Position numbers and translations under genes: made by a program. From an uncultured bacterium (GTDB lineage Bacteria > Acidobacteriota > HRBIN11 > JAKEFK01), in NCBI GenBank assembly GCA_963777505.1, contig CAVZQN010000006.1, positions 256,001 to 320,000 on the forward strand: 64,000 nucleotides of DNA. Reading direction: 5' to 3'. The notes beneath the pieces were generated by a model, which worked only from the letters and a program-made list of their open reading frames with translations, was not told where the DNA came from and did no database searches. This document shows positions 30,642-40,586 of this stretch, one piece after another; within the stretch, counting starts at the first letter, position 1; the number at the start of each line of letters is the position of its first letter.

Positions 30642-31745
30642 ATGGAAAAACGGCGAATTCAGATTAAGCATCTCGGGTTCCCCGTGGGCCGCTTTCCTAC
30701 CGGTCCTAAAAACTCCATCACAGATGTATCAGGTGTACGAGTTGGCCACAGCACCATCGTTCGTGGTTCAGGCTCTCGTGTTCCTGGAAAAGGTCCTGTC
30801 CGGACAGGTGTGACTGCGATTGTTCCTGATGGCAACATCTATATGGAACGTGTTATTTCCGGCGCGTACATTCTCCATGGCGCAGGAGAAGTGAGCGGAC
30901 TGATTCAAATTCAAGAATGGGGAATTATCGAAACACCTATCCTCCTTACGAATACTTTGAGTGTCGGACGTGTAAGCGATGCTTGTGTGAAATGGATGTC
31001 AGACAAATATCCGCAAATGGGAAACGATTACGAAGTTGTAATTCCAGTTGTTGGGGAATGTGATGATAGCTTTTTAAATGATGCTGTTGGACGTCATATC
31101 AAGGCAAGACATGTCTTTGATGCATTAAACGGTGCTTCTGATGCAACCGTTCCTGAAGGCTCTGTTGGAGCCGGAACCGGAATGGTGTGCTGTGATTTCA
31201 AAGGAGGAATCGGAAGCAGCTCCAGAATCATTATGATGGCAGATCATCCCTACAATATAGGTGTACTTGTTCTTACAAACTTTGGAAGGATAGGCGACCT
31301 TCGTATTCTAGGAATTCCGGTTGGACAAAAATTGCTGAATTCTTTTTCCGCAATCAAGAAACGGTCCGATAATTTTGGTTCCATTATCGCCATCGTTGCA
31401 ACTGACCTACCGTTGAACAAGACTCAACTTGATTGGCTTTGCAAACGTTCAGCACTCGGTATCGGACGCTGCGGAAGTTATGCATCCTATACAAGTGGTG
31501 AAATCATTGTAGGCTTTGCAACCGCAAACAAGATTCTTCGTGAACCGGAATCTGCGATTATGCAGCAGGATTTTTTGTATTCACAATTTATGGATGATCC
31601 GTTTGAAGCTACGATTGAAGCTACAGAAGAAGCAATCATTAACAGTCTTATTAATAATCACGACATGGTTGGAGCCGATGAAAATTTTGTTCCAGCTTTG
31701 CCTGTCGATAAATTAACCTCAATGCTTCGACGCGCAATAGGCTAA
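30642..31745 (+). CDS. DmpA-like (P1/S58) aminopeptidase
   Basis: NSITDVSGVRVGH, VRTGVTAI, PVVGECDD, GSVGAGTGM, FKGGIG, GSII autoprocessing site. Confidence 0.92.
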   Translation: MEKRRIQIKHLGFPVGRFPTGPKNSITDVSGVRVGHSTIVRGSGSRVPGKGPVRTGVTAIVPDGNIYMERVISGAYILHGAGEVSGLIQIQEWGIIETPILLTNTLSVGRVSDACVKWMSDKYPQMGNDYEVVIPVVGECDDSFLNDAVGRHIKARHVFDALNGASDATVPEGSVGAGTGMVCCDFKGGIGSSSRIIMMADHPYNIGVLVLTNFGRIGDLRILGIPVGQKLLNSFSAIKKRSDNFGSIIAIVATDLPLNKTQLDWLCKRSALGIGRCGSYASYTSGEIIVGFATANKILREPESAIMQQDFLYSQFMDDPFEATIEATEEAIINSLINNHDMVGADENFVPALPVDKLTSMLRRAIG

Positions 31746-31779
31746 CTCAGTGTCTTTGCGGTTCTAAATTCGGAGGGAT

Positions 31780-33844
31780 ATGCGAACTCTATTTCTGATG
31801 CTGTTGATTTTTCAATCTGTATTTGTCTTTGCTGAAACTGATAAGAAACCGATCACTGTTGAAGATGTTTGGAATGTAAAGCGCATCGGCGCTCCATCGC
31901 TTTCACCAGACGGAGGATGGATTGCTGTCGATGTAACGTCTTTTGACATGAAGGAAAACAATTCAACATCGGATATCTGGTTGATTCCAACATCTTCCTC
32001 AGCAGGCGAAAAACGGCAATTGACATCGCATGCATCTAAGGATGGCGGGCCGTTATGGTCTCCGGACGGCAAAACAATTTTGTTTCTTAGCAAACGGGAA
32101 GGTGATGATAACGCACAAATTTATCTGATCTCCCCTTCCGGCGGCGAAGCAAGACGTCTGACAAAAATTCCAACAGGTGTCGCATCTCCAAAATGGTTTC
32201 CAAATAGTAAACAGGTCGCATTTATTTCATGGGTGTGGCCTGATTTGAAAACGGATGAAGAACAGGCAGCACGATCAAAAGAACGCAAAGAAGCGAAGGT
32301 AAAAGCACACATCATTGATACAACCAATTATCGATACTGGGATCACTGGCTCGCAGATGGACGCCGCGCACATTTGTTCGTTGTAGATATTGAAACTGGA
32401 AAACATCGCGATTTGTTTCTAGATACTGACTATTATTTTTACTGGTACGAAAACTCAACCGATCTTTCATCAAACCACTACGACATTTCTCCTGATGGTA
32501 AAGAAGTTGCCTTCGTAGTCGACTCTACTCCTGATCCTGGTCAGGATCCAAACGCAGACATTGTCACATTGCCGGTTGAAGGTGGGAAAGGCACAAACGT
32601 CACCGCGGAAAACAAAGCATCCGATTCCAATCCTGTTTATTCTCCCGATGGTAAATGGCTCGCATATACAAAACAAAGTATTCTGCGTTTCTATGGTGAT
32701 CGTGAACGCGTGGTGCTTCATGATCGAAAATCAGCAACGAATAAAGTACTAACAGAGAAGTGGGATCGATCGGCTGGTTCACCTATATGGCATCCTGATA
32801 GTCAACGATTGTATTTCACTGCAGAAGATCGAGCGAGAGTCCCAATCTTCGAGTTGAATATTTCGGACGGTTCTCCACAAATGATTACATCTCAAAATGG
32901 AACCGTTTCTTCCTTCGATATCAGCGCCGACGGAAAAACTCTGGCGTATGTTCGTAGCTCAATCAGCGTGCCAGGAAGTCTTTTTGCAGCAAATACTGAT
33001 GGCAAAAATGAAAGAAAAGTTGAAACGTTTAACGATCAGCTTGTAAATAATTGGAAGCTTGGTGAAGTCAAAGAAATGACTTACAAAGGTTGGAACGATG
33101 AGCCCGTTCAAATGTGGGTGATTCATCCACCCGATTTTGATCCAAAGAAAAAATGGCCGCTGCTTCATGTGATCCATGGAGGTCCACATGCCGCAACGTT
33201 GGATCAATTTCATTACCGGTGGAACCTTCAGCTTTTTGCAAGCCGCGGGTTCGTTGTTTCCGGGGTGAATTTTCATGGCTCAACAGGTTTTGGTGAGAAA
33301 TTTACAGATGCAAACACAGGACAGTACGGCTTGAAGGAATTTGCAGATGTAGAAAAAGGAACCGATGCATTGCTTGCCACAGGTTATATCGATGAAAATC
33401 GATTAACTGCTTCTGGTGGTAGTTTCGGCGGTTACATGGTTGCCTGGATCAATGGTCATACCAATCGGTATAAAGCGCTCGTTTGCCACGCAGGCGTTTA
33501 TAACTGGATTTCTCAAATGGCGTCGGATATTTTAGTTGGACGTGATCGAGCACTGGGTGCATTTCATTGGGATAATCCTGAAAAGGTAGCCGCACAATCC
33601 GCACATACGTTATGCAAAGAATTTCAAAACTCCAACTCTTGTCATTCATGGCGAACGTGACTTCAGAGTTCCTGTCACGCAAGGTTTTGAATATTATGGA
33701 ACGCTTCGAATGTTGGGTGTCCCAACCAGGCTTGTTTATCTGGAAGAAGAAAATCACTGGGTGTTGAAACCGCAAACTTCAAAGTTATGGCATCAAGAAT
33801 TTTTTAACTGGATTGAAAAATACGCCGCACCTGACCCTATTTAA
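31780..33844 (+). CDS. S9 family peptidase with PD40 beta-propeller (one apparent indel near 33610)
   Basis: SPDG repeats, IHGGPH, GGSFGGYM; the shifted frame continues TPTLVIHGERDFRVP...EENHWV to TAA at 33844. Confidence 0.92.
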
Positions 33845-33952
33845 TGTTAAGTGGCCTCATTATGCTACGTGTGTAATGTGTTTTATGTTACAGCTTAGTA
33901 TTGACAATTAGAAAGTGTGGTACGTGTTACAACCTTTGCCTAAATTAGTACC

Positions 33953-34966
33953 ATGCTTGAAATCGATGGTTCTTATGGCGAAGGTGGCGGACAAATTTTA
34001 CGCACATCTTTAGCACTTTCTCTTTTAACAGGCAAACCTTTTCGTATCACAAATATTCGTGCGCGAAGAAAAAATCCAGGTTTGCAAAAACAACATTTAA
34101 CAGCTGTAAACGCTGCCGGAACGATCAGCAATGCTGAAGTAAAAGGCGCAATAATGGGAGCTTCGGAATTTGAGTTTGCTCCTTCGGCAGTCAAAGCTGG
34201 AAATTACAATTTTTCAATTAACTCTGCAGGAAGTACCACATTAATCTTTCAAACAATATTGCCAGCATTAATGGTTGCCGATGCTCCATCCCAAATTTCA
34301 TTTGAAGGAGGAACTCATAATCCGCTTGCTCCTCCGTATGATTTTTTGAAGAAAGCATTTGTTCCTGTAATAAACAGAATGGGCCCCAAAATTGAATTGG
34401 ATTTTGATCGATATGGATTTTTCCCTGCAGGCGGAGGGCGGTGGAGCGCAAAGATTACGCCTTCAGCGAAGTTGAATGCAATTGACTGTGCTTCGCGCGG
34501 TCCGATTATGCATGTGCAGTGCAAAATTCTGACTGCCCAATTGCCAGAAGATATAGCTGTACGCGAATTAGCCGTATTGATGCAAAACGGAATCAAGCAA
34601 GAGAAATTCGAAATAGTTCGGGTCGATGAATCGAATGGTCCGGGAAATGTTGTCATGATTGAATCGAATTCCGAAAATATAACTGAATTGTTTACGGGTT
34701 TCGGTGAGCGTGGCATAAAAGCAGAATCAGTGGCGGAGCATGCGCTGCGTCAGTTTGAATCCTACAAAACAAGTGATGTGTTTGCGGGGGAATATCTTGC
34801 CGATCAATTACTTCTTCCGATGGCAATTGCAGGCGGCGGATCATTTTCTACTTTGCGGTTGAGCGGCCATTCTGTAACGAATATGCAAACCATCCAGAAA
34901 TTTCTTGATTGCAATTTCCACTTCCAGGAAGTGAAAAATAATCACGTCAACGTTAACGTAGGCTAA
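33953..34966 (+). CDS. rtcA: RNA 3'-terminal phosphate cyclase
   Basis: IDGSYGEGGGQILRT, NIRARRKNPGL, GGTHNP.APP, GFFPAGGG, EYLADQLLLP, H..TN. Confidence 0.93.
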   Translation: MLEIDGSYGEGGGQILRTSLALSLLTGKPFRITNIRARRKNPGLQKQHLTAVNAAGTISNAEVKGAIMGASEFEFAPSAVKAGNYNFSINSAGSTTLIFQTILPALMVADAPSQISFEGGTHNPLAPPYDFLKKAFVPVINRMGPKIELDFDRYGFFPAGGGRWSAKITPSAKLNAIDCASRGPIMHVQCKILTAQLPEDIAVRELAVLMQNGIKQEKFEIVRVDESNGPGNVVMIESNSENITELFTGFGERGIKAESVAEHALRQFESYKTSDVFAGEYLADQLLLPMAIAGGGSFSTLRLSGHSVTNMQTIQKFLDCNFHFQEVKNNHVNVNVG

Positions 34967-34990
34967 GGTCTTCGCGTCTTTGCGGTAAAA

Positions 34991-36472
34991 CTACTTGGAT
35001 GAGCGTGCTTCACGTACCATTGTTTTTACTTCTTCAAACAAGGTCGGCGCATGATAAGGAATGCCGTCTTTGATCGTCCAGAGTATTCCGCCTTTCCCGT
35101 CGCGTTGTGCATCTAAGGCAGGATGAATTCCGGACGGCATCAGGATGCTCAAATTTTCTAACGGATTTCCATTCACAATGATGAGGTCTGCTAAATATCC
35201 TGCTTTTATTCGACCAAGTTCATTTGCTTTGCCCAGAACCTTTGCGCCATTTCCTGTGGCATGTTGAATGACCTGCAGTGGATGAAAGCCGGCTTCTTGA
35301 TGAAGTTGTAATTCACGAAGGTATCCGAATCCAAACATCTGATAAATAAAACCTGCATCTTCACCGGTAGTAATTACGCCTCCCATTCGTTCAAAGTCGC
35401 GGAGGGCTTGCATCCAGATCGAATAATTTTCCCGCCAGTAAACTTCATCTGTTGTTGTCCAGCCATAAAAATACGATCCATGATTTTCTGGATTCGGTGC
35501 GAAAAATTGTTCCAGGGTTGGATGCAGAAAATCTTTAAACCATGGTTGTGTAATGGCGCGTTGTAAATCACGGGAAGCTTCATAAATACATAATGTCGGA
35601 TCCCATGCGACATTTGCTTCAACCAGCCGCTTTAACACACTCTGAAGTTTTTCTGGATTGGCTTCGCGCCAGAGTCGTCCTGCATACCGGAAACGATGAA
35701 GTTCGTTGTTGTAATTAAATTCTGGTGGAAAACTTTGGACGGCATCCAGTGCTGCATCAGGCACTCCATACCAATGTTCAATCGTGGTTGTCCCGCCATC
35801 CGCATCATCCCATGCATTGGCATCTTTTACGCCGACGTGATGCGCAATTTTCAAGCCTTGTTTTTTGGCCTCATCAGCCATGATGCGAAAATCGTCGCGA
35901 TCCAAGTGATGGATTTTCACCCCATCAGCACCCTTCTTTTTGAGGTCCCGGATATTTGCGCGAATTTCGGCCTCATTTTTTCCACCCGGAAACCACATGT
36001 ATAAAAGGAGACGTGGAGCTACGATAGTATTCGTAGATGATTTTTCTCGTTCTTTTATCGCCTTTGGAATCTCACTGCCAACATCCCGGTGAGTCGTTAT
36101 TCCTGAACCAAGCCATAAGTTGTATTGATACTGAAATGGCATCGGCTTTCCGGCTCTTTCATCTTGCAAGTGTCCATGCATGTTAATAAGGCCGGGAAGG
36201 ACATATTTATCGGAAGCATCAATGATAACGGTTGCTTCTTTTCTGTAATCGGCACTCGGATTGGATGTCGTTACTTCATCGATTTTATTTCCACGAATGA
36301 CGATATCCATCGGGCCTTCTGCTGGAGTTCCGACACCATCGACAACTGTGGCCTGAATAATCACAATGACATCCGATTTTTTCCCGTGTTGTGGGTCTTT
36401 ATTCTGAGCAAACAACAGTGAAGGAATGAGAAGGAATGGTACAAGCAATAAAAAGCGATAATGTGTGTTCAT
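34991..36472 (-). CDS. Secreted amidohydrolase-family protein
   Basis: Signal peptide; LPGLINMHGH, TIEHWYG, GRIKAGYLADLIIVNGNPL. Confidence 0.88.
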   Translation of the reverse strand: MNTHYRFLLLVPFLLIPSLLFAQNKDPQHGKKSDVIVIIQATVVDGVGTPAEGPMDIVIRGNKIDEVTTSNPSADYRKEATVIIDASDKYVLPGLINMHGHLQDERAGKPMPFQYQYNLWLGSGITTHRDVGSEIPKAIKEREKSSTNTIVAPRLLLYMWFPGGKNEAEIRANIRDLKKKGADGVKIHHLDRDDFRIMADEAKKQGLKIAHHVGVKDANAWDDADGGTTTIEHWYGVPDAALDAVQSFPPEFNYNNELHRFRYAGRLWREANPEKLQSVLKRLVEANVAWDPTLCIYEASRDLQRAITQPWFKDFLHPTLEQFFAPNPENHGSYFYGWTTTDEVYWRENYSIWMQALRDFERMGGVITTGEDAGFIYQMFGFGYLRELQLHQEAGFHPLQVIQHATGNGAKVLGKANELGRIKAGYLADLIIVNGNPLENLSILMPSGIHPALDAQRDGKGGILWTIKDGIPYHAPTLFEEVKTMVREARSSK

Positions 36473-36562
36473 CAGCGCGTATTATAAACCGCAAAGTTAC
36501 AAACACTATAGTGGTTTACTCAAAGGCGCCGCTCACTCCATTAAAGGTTTGACTAATGGTTT

Positions 36563-37171
36563 TTAAAGGCCAGGATCTTCTGCAAATTGGACCGTAATTT
36601 CTTTCATGGAATTGGCAGGAATCTCGATTTCACGTACTTCAGATTGGTACCCTGGCAGACGGAGTTCGAGTTTATGTTTGCCTTTGATTATGTACTGATT
36701 TTCGATATTGGTTGATCCGAAGTTGCGTCCATCTAAGAAAACGGATGCGCCCGGCGGTGTACTGAGTATTGTCAGCATTGCGAGATTGTCGCGCTTAACG
36801 ACATCCAATAAATTCACGATCTTTTTGGAAACAAGTTCTTCGTTCATTTGATAATCCGGGTTCCATTCAAGTAACTTTAAGAAAGCTGTTTTTGCACTTG
36901 ATTGATCATTGTTATTAAACTGCGCCTGCCCCAGCATGTCACAGCTTCTGGTGAGAAATCCGATTTCTGTCTCATTGAGTCCCTCTTGCTTTGCTTTTGT
37001 TTCCAAATTCAAGATGAACTTTTCGAACATTGGAATGGATTCTGTTTGGTCAGGCGAATTAAACTTCGCTTGAGCCTCTTCAAATTGGACAGAATAGTCC
37101 GCGGCAAAAGACCAGGTAAAAACGAATAACAAAAGTGTTATGAGAATTCTTTTCATTGGCGCCAATCGCAT
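36563..37171 (-). CDS. Secreted TPR + PEGA-domain protein
   Basis: Signal peptide; LTILSTPPGASVFLDG...GKHKLELRLPGY. Confidence 0.8.
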   Translation of the reverse strand: MRLAPMKRILITLLLFVFTWSFAADYSVQFEEAQAKFNSPDQTESIPMFEKFILNLETKAKQEGLNETEIGFLTRSCDMLGQAQFNNNDQSSAKTAFLKLLEWNPDYQMNEELVSKKIVNLLDVVKRDNLAMLTILSTPPGASVFLDGRNFGSTNIENQYIIKGKHKLELRLPGYQSEVREIEIPANSMKEITVQFAEDPGL

Positions 37172-37414
37172 TCAATATTTAATTTCTGCCGGTGATGGCT
37201 CCTTTAGGCCCTATTGTACCCATCCTTTTTAGATCTTCTTTAGCGGCCACTATAATCCAGAATATGCACAAACACACGATATATGCATTGTTCTTTTTCC
37301 TGGTATTTTCAAGTTTCATTTTTTGCCAAGGACATAGCAACATCTCTTACATGGGAGAAGTTTATCGGAGAAAATAGTTTTTAAAGTCCTCAGTCACGCA
37401 CTATTATTAAGGAC

Positions 37415-38113
37415 ATGCAACTCAAAGGAAAAACAACGCTGGTCACAGGCGCGAATCGAGGAATCGGCTTCGAAGTTTGCCGACAACTCGGGAAAGAAGG
37501 CGCTATGATCCTGATGGGAGTGCGGGATCTTGATGGCGCTTCCAAGAGCCTCAAACAACTGATTGACGAAGGAATTGCCGCTTCTCTTGTGCAAATTGAT
37601 GTTTCGGATTTGAACTCCGTTCATAACTTTTTGAAAACCAACACAGGACAAATCGATATCCTGGTCAACAATGCCGCAATCTTGGATCGTGCACCGAATT
37701 TACTTTCGGTGGAAGATCGTGAATTCGAGACTGTGATCAGAACAAATCTTATTGGAGCAGCTATTCTGGCAAAGAATTTAGCGGTTCAAATGAAGAAGCG
37801 TCGATGGGGACGCATCGTAAATGTATCTTCAGGAATGAGTTCGTTAGTGCGAGGATTTGGTGCAGACTCGCCTGCATACCGTGTTTCCAAGCTTGCGTTA
37901 AATGGTGTAAGCATTTCCCTTGCACAAGCACTGAAAGGAAGCGGTGTTCTTGTGAATTCTGTTGATCCTGGTTGGGTAAGGACGGAGATGGGTGGAAAAT
38001 CAGCTTCACGATCAGTCGAAGAAGGCGCTAAATCTGTTGTATGGGCGGCATTGCTATCCGATGACGGGCCTACCGGGGGATTTTTCTACGACGGTAGACC
38101 TGCCGAATTGTAG
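37415..38113 (+). CDS. Short-chain dehydrogenase/reductase (carbonyl-reductase-like)
   Basis: VTGANRGIG, LVNNA, YRVSK, VNSVDPGWVRTEMGG. Confidence 0.93.
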   Translation: MQLKGKTTLVTGANRGIGFEVCRQLGKEGAMILMGVRDLDGASKSLKQLIDEGIAASLVQIDVSDLNSVHNFLKTNTGQIDILVNNAAILDRAPNLLSVEDREFETVIRTNLIGAAILAKNLAVQMKKRRWGRIVNVSSGMSSLVRGFGADSPAYRVSKLALNGVSISLAQALKGSGVLVNSVDPGWVRTEMGGKSASRSVEEGAKSVVWAALLSDDGPTGGFFYDGRPAEL

Positions 38114-38121
38114 CTTACAAT

Positions 38122-39498
38122 ATGACCGTGTTAAATCTTCGAGAAATTCTTGCTGAATGCGCTCAACAACGCGAAGAGTATGAAACTCTTCTTCGTGAGT
38201 TGGTGGAAATTCCATCAATTTCAAGTGATCCGGAACGGGAACCGGATGTACATCGTGCGGCTGTACGCGCCGCTGAACTGATTGGAAAATTTGGTGGCAC
38301 CTCATCAATCATTCATTCAAATACGAATGTTCCTTTTGTTCACGGTTCGTTTTTCTCTTCTTCGAAAAAACATCCAATCGTCTCGGTTTATAACCATCTT
38401 GATGTTATTCCCGCTTCAAAAGAAACGGAACCTTGGAAAACTGAGCCTTTTGTTTTTTCCAAACAAGGTGACAGGTATTTTGGACGCGGTACAACAGATG
38501 ATAAAGGACCTGCCTTAGTTGCTTTATTTAGCGCGCGACTGGCGCAGAAAATGGGAATTCCAATCAACATTCAATTATTGTGGGAATGTGAAGAAGAAGT
38601 TGGTTCCCAGAATTTTTCTGAAATTCTGCAAAAGGCAGGCAAAGCTGCAAAAACTGATTCGGTAGTCATTTCAGATACGATGTGGTTGTCACGCAAAAGA
38701 CCCACGATTACTGCAGGCCTCCGTGGTTTTGTCGGACTCCGCTTGCAATTGGAAACCGCAACATCAGATCAGCATTCCGGCGATGTTGGCGGAGCGGCCA
38801 GGAATCCGCTGGGAGAGCTTATGGGGCTCGTTTCGGAAATTTATGATCCACGTAGCGGACATGTGAAGATTCCGGGATTCTATAAGGATGTCATTGCACC
38901 AACAAAAAATGAATTGCGCGATTTCGTCCGCTCCGGCTTTACTTCATCGTGGTTTAAGAAGACTTACAAATTCAAATCGATGCGTACGAAAGATTCGCTC
39001 GAAATTATGAAAAGAATTTGGGCGGAGCCGACTTTTGAAATTCATGGAGTCAGCGGCGGTTATAGTGGACCAGGACTAAAATCGATCGTACCTCCTAGTG
39101 CTGAAATAAAAACTTCATTCCGTCTCGCGCCTGGACAAGATTCGGAAAAAGTTGCGCGAATGGTCCGCGATTTTGTTCGTAAGAAAAATCCCGATGTAAA
39201 AGTAATTATTCATAAAGGCTCCGGGGCATACTTAACTAAAACAACCGGACCTCTCGCAGATGCGGCAAAAAAATCTATCAAGTTTGCTTTCGGAAAAGAA
39301 CCTGTGTTTGTTCGTGAAGGCGGATCAATCGGCTCCCTTATTTCAATACAGAAGATTTTGAAATGCCCTGTGATGTTTTTAGGACTTTCACTTCCGGAAC
39401 ATGGTTATCACGCTCCTAATGAAAACTTTGATTGGCATCAAGCATCTCGCGGTATAGCTGCATTCCTGTACTATTTTGATCAGCTCAGCAAACTTTAG
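38122..39498 (+). CDS. M20 family dipeptidase
   Basis: YNHLDV, GRGTTDDKG, ECEEEVGS, EGGSI, HAPNENF. Confidence 0.92.
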   Translation: MTVLNLREILAECAQQREEYETLLRELVEIPSISSDPEREPDVHRAAVRAAELIGKFGGTSSIIHSNTNVPFVHGSFFSSSKKHPIVSVYNHLDVIPASKETEPWKTEPFVFSKQGDRYFGRGTTDDKGPALVALFSARLAQKMGIPINIQLLWECEEEVGSQNFSEILQKAGKAAKTDSVVISDTMWLSRKRPTITAGLRGFVGLRLQLETATSDQHSGDVGGAARNPLGELMGLVSEIYDPRSGHVKIPGFYKDVIAPTKNELRDFVRSGFTSSWFKKTYKFKSMRTKDSLEIMKRIWAEPTFEIHGVSGGYSGPGLKSIVPPSAEIKTSFRLAPGQDSEKVARMVRDFVRKKNPDVKVIIHKGSGAYLTKTTGPLADAAKKSIKFAFGKEPVFVREGGSIGSLISIQKILKCPVMFLGLSLPEHGYHAPNENFDWHQASRGIAAFLYYFDQLSKL

Positions 39499-39500
39499 TT

Positions 39501-39526
39501 GTAGGGGCGGGTCTAAGACCGCCCGT
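39501..39526. repeat. Single GTAG-type REP unit
   Basis: GTAGGGGCGGGTCTAAGACCGCCCGT, same family as 21238-21309. Confidence 0.7.
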
Positions 39527-39608
39527 ATTGACTGGCATGCCCGTCAAGATTAAAAGTGGTACTTTTCAAATGTAATAATCAAAGATACAGTTTGTTCAGG
39601 AGGACTTT

Positions 39609-40025
39609 ATGCCTATCACATCGCAATTTTCATTAGTGTTAGAAGTGCCGGCCGCTGAACCCGAAGAAGCTTCGCGCCATTTCGCTTCCAAGCTTTCCGT
39701 TGAAACAGATCCATCAGATGTGATGCTTGATTTGCAACGCGGACAAGATGGCTTCGTAATCTTAGATGTTCGTCCAAGTGATGATTACGAAGATGGACAC
39801 ATTGAAGGTGCAGTTCATATTCCGTATCGCCAAATCAACGCAGAAACGAGCAAACAATTACCGAAGGATAAAGTAATTGTCACCTATTGCTGGGGACCCG
39901 GTTGTAATGCTTCAACGAAAGGAGCATTGCGCCTAGCTTCACTTGGATTCCGGGTGAAAGAAATGATCGGAGGCCTCGAATATTGGAAACGTGACGGCGG
40001 TAAAATAGTCGGAAAATCAGCCTGA
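39609..40025 (+). CDS. Rhodanese-like protein
   Basis: ETDPSDV, LDVR, GHIEGAVH, YCWGPGCN, EMIGG.EYW. Confidence 0.92.
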   Translation: MPITSQFSLVLEVPAAEPEEASRHFASKLSVETDPSDVMLDLQRGQDGFVILDVRPSDDYEDGHIEGAVHIPYRQINAETSKQLPKDKVIVTYCWGPGCNASTKGALRLASLGFRVKEMIGGLEYWKRDGGKIVGKSA

Positions 40026-40030
40026 TCCGG

Positions 40031-40243
40031 TTACGATTTTCGTGAGCCGGCAACCAGAACGACAATTCCGCCTACAAGTAACAGTCCTCCAAGAACCGGC
40101 GGCAATGGAATCGTCTTCTTTTCTTCTTTTGTGGCTTCCAGCGGACCGATATCGATTATCTTTTCTTTTTTCGTAAACGTAATTCCCTGGTACACAAAAG
40201 AAAGTATCCCCAGGACAATCAGGATGACACCAAGTATCTTCAT
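40031..40243 (-). CDS. Small 2-TM membrane protein (DUF3185-like)
   Basis: GGAGGG SD, MKILGVILIVLG...TKKEKIIDIGPLEAT...PLPPVLGG. Confidence 0.8.
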   Translation of the reverse strand: MKILGVILIVLGILSFVYQGITFTKKEKIIDIGPLEATKEEKKTIPLPPVLGGLLLVGGIVVLVAGSRKS

Positions 40244-40354
40244 ACTCCCTCCAAATATTGATGCTTCATTTATAGCCAATGACTCGAAGGAATTCTGTCG
40301 TGGGCGAAAGTCATTTGACGTCACACAGAATGTGACAGGTAGAAGGAAGGGAAG

Positions 40355-40427
<73 letters not shown>

Positions 40428-40502
40428 ATTCGGTGTTTTAGGGAAATAGATTATATCGATTCAAAGAACAAAGCGAAAGGCAAACTGTTTCCGTTGCCAC
40501 CC

Positions 40503-40578
40503 GCAGGGGAGCAGGGGAGCAGGGGGAGAAGGGGAGCAGAAAGTACGAATAACGAATAGCGATTTACGAATTACGAAT
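40503..40578. repeat. Short tandem repeats: about 4.5 x GCAGGGGA then about 5 x TTACGAA-like heptamers
   Basis: Directly visible between the SurA-like gene and tRNA-Ala. Confidence 0.8.
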
Positions 40579-40586
40579 GAAACTAG

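Noticed and set aside
33915-33940. Sigma54 promoter for rtcA (TGGTAC...TTGC)
   Set aside because: GG-to-GC spacing is far from the required 10 nt
37150-37210. GGTGATGGCTCCT resembling the 3' end of a fluoride riboswitch
   Set aside because: The 5' GATGG-GTTC-CC pseudoknot elements are absent and no fluoride-related gene follows
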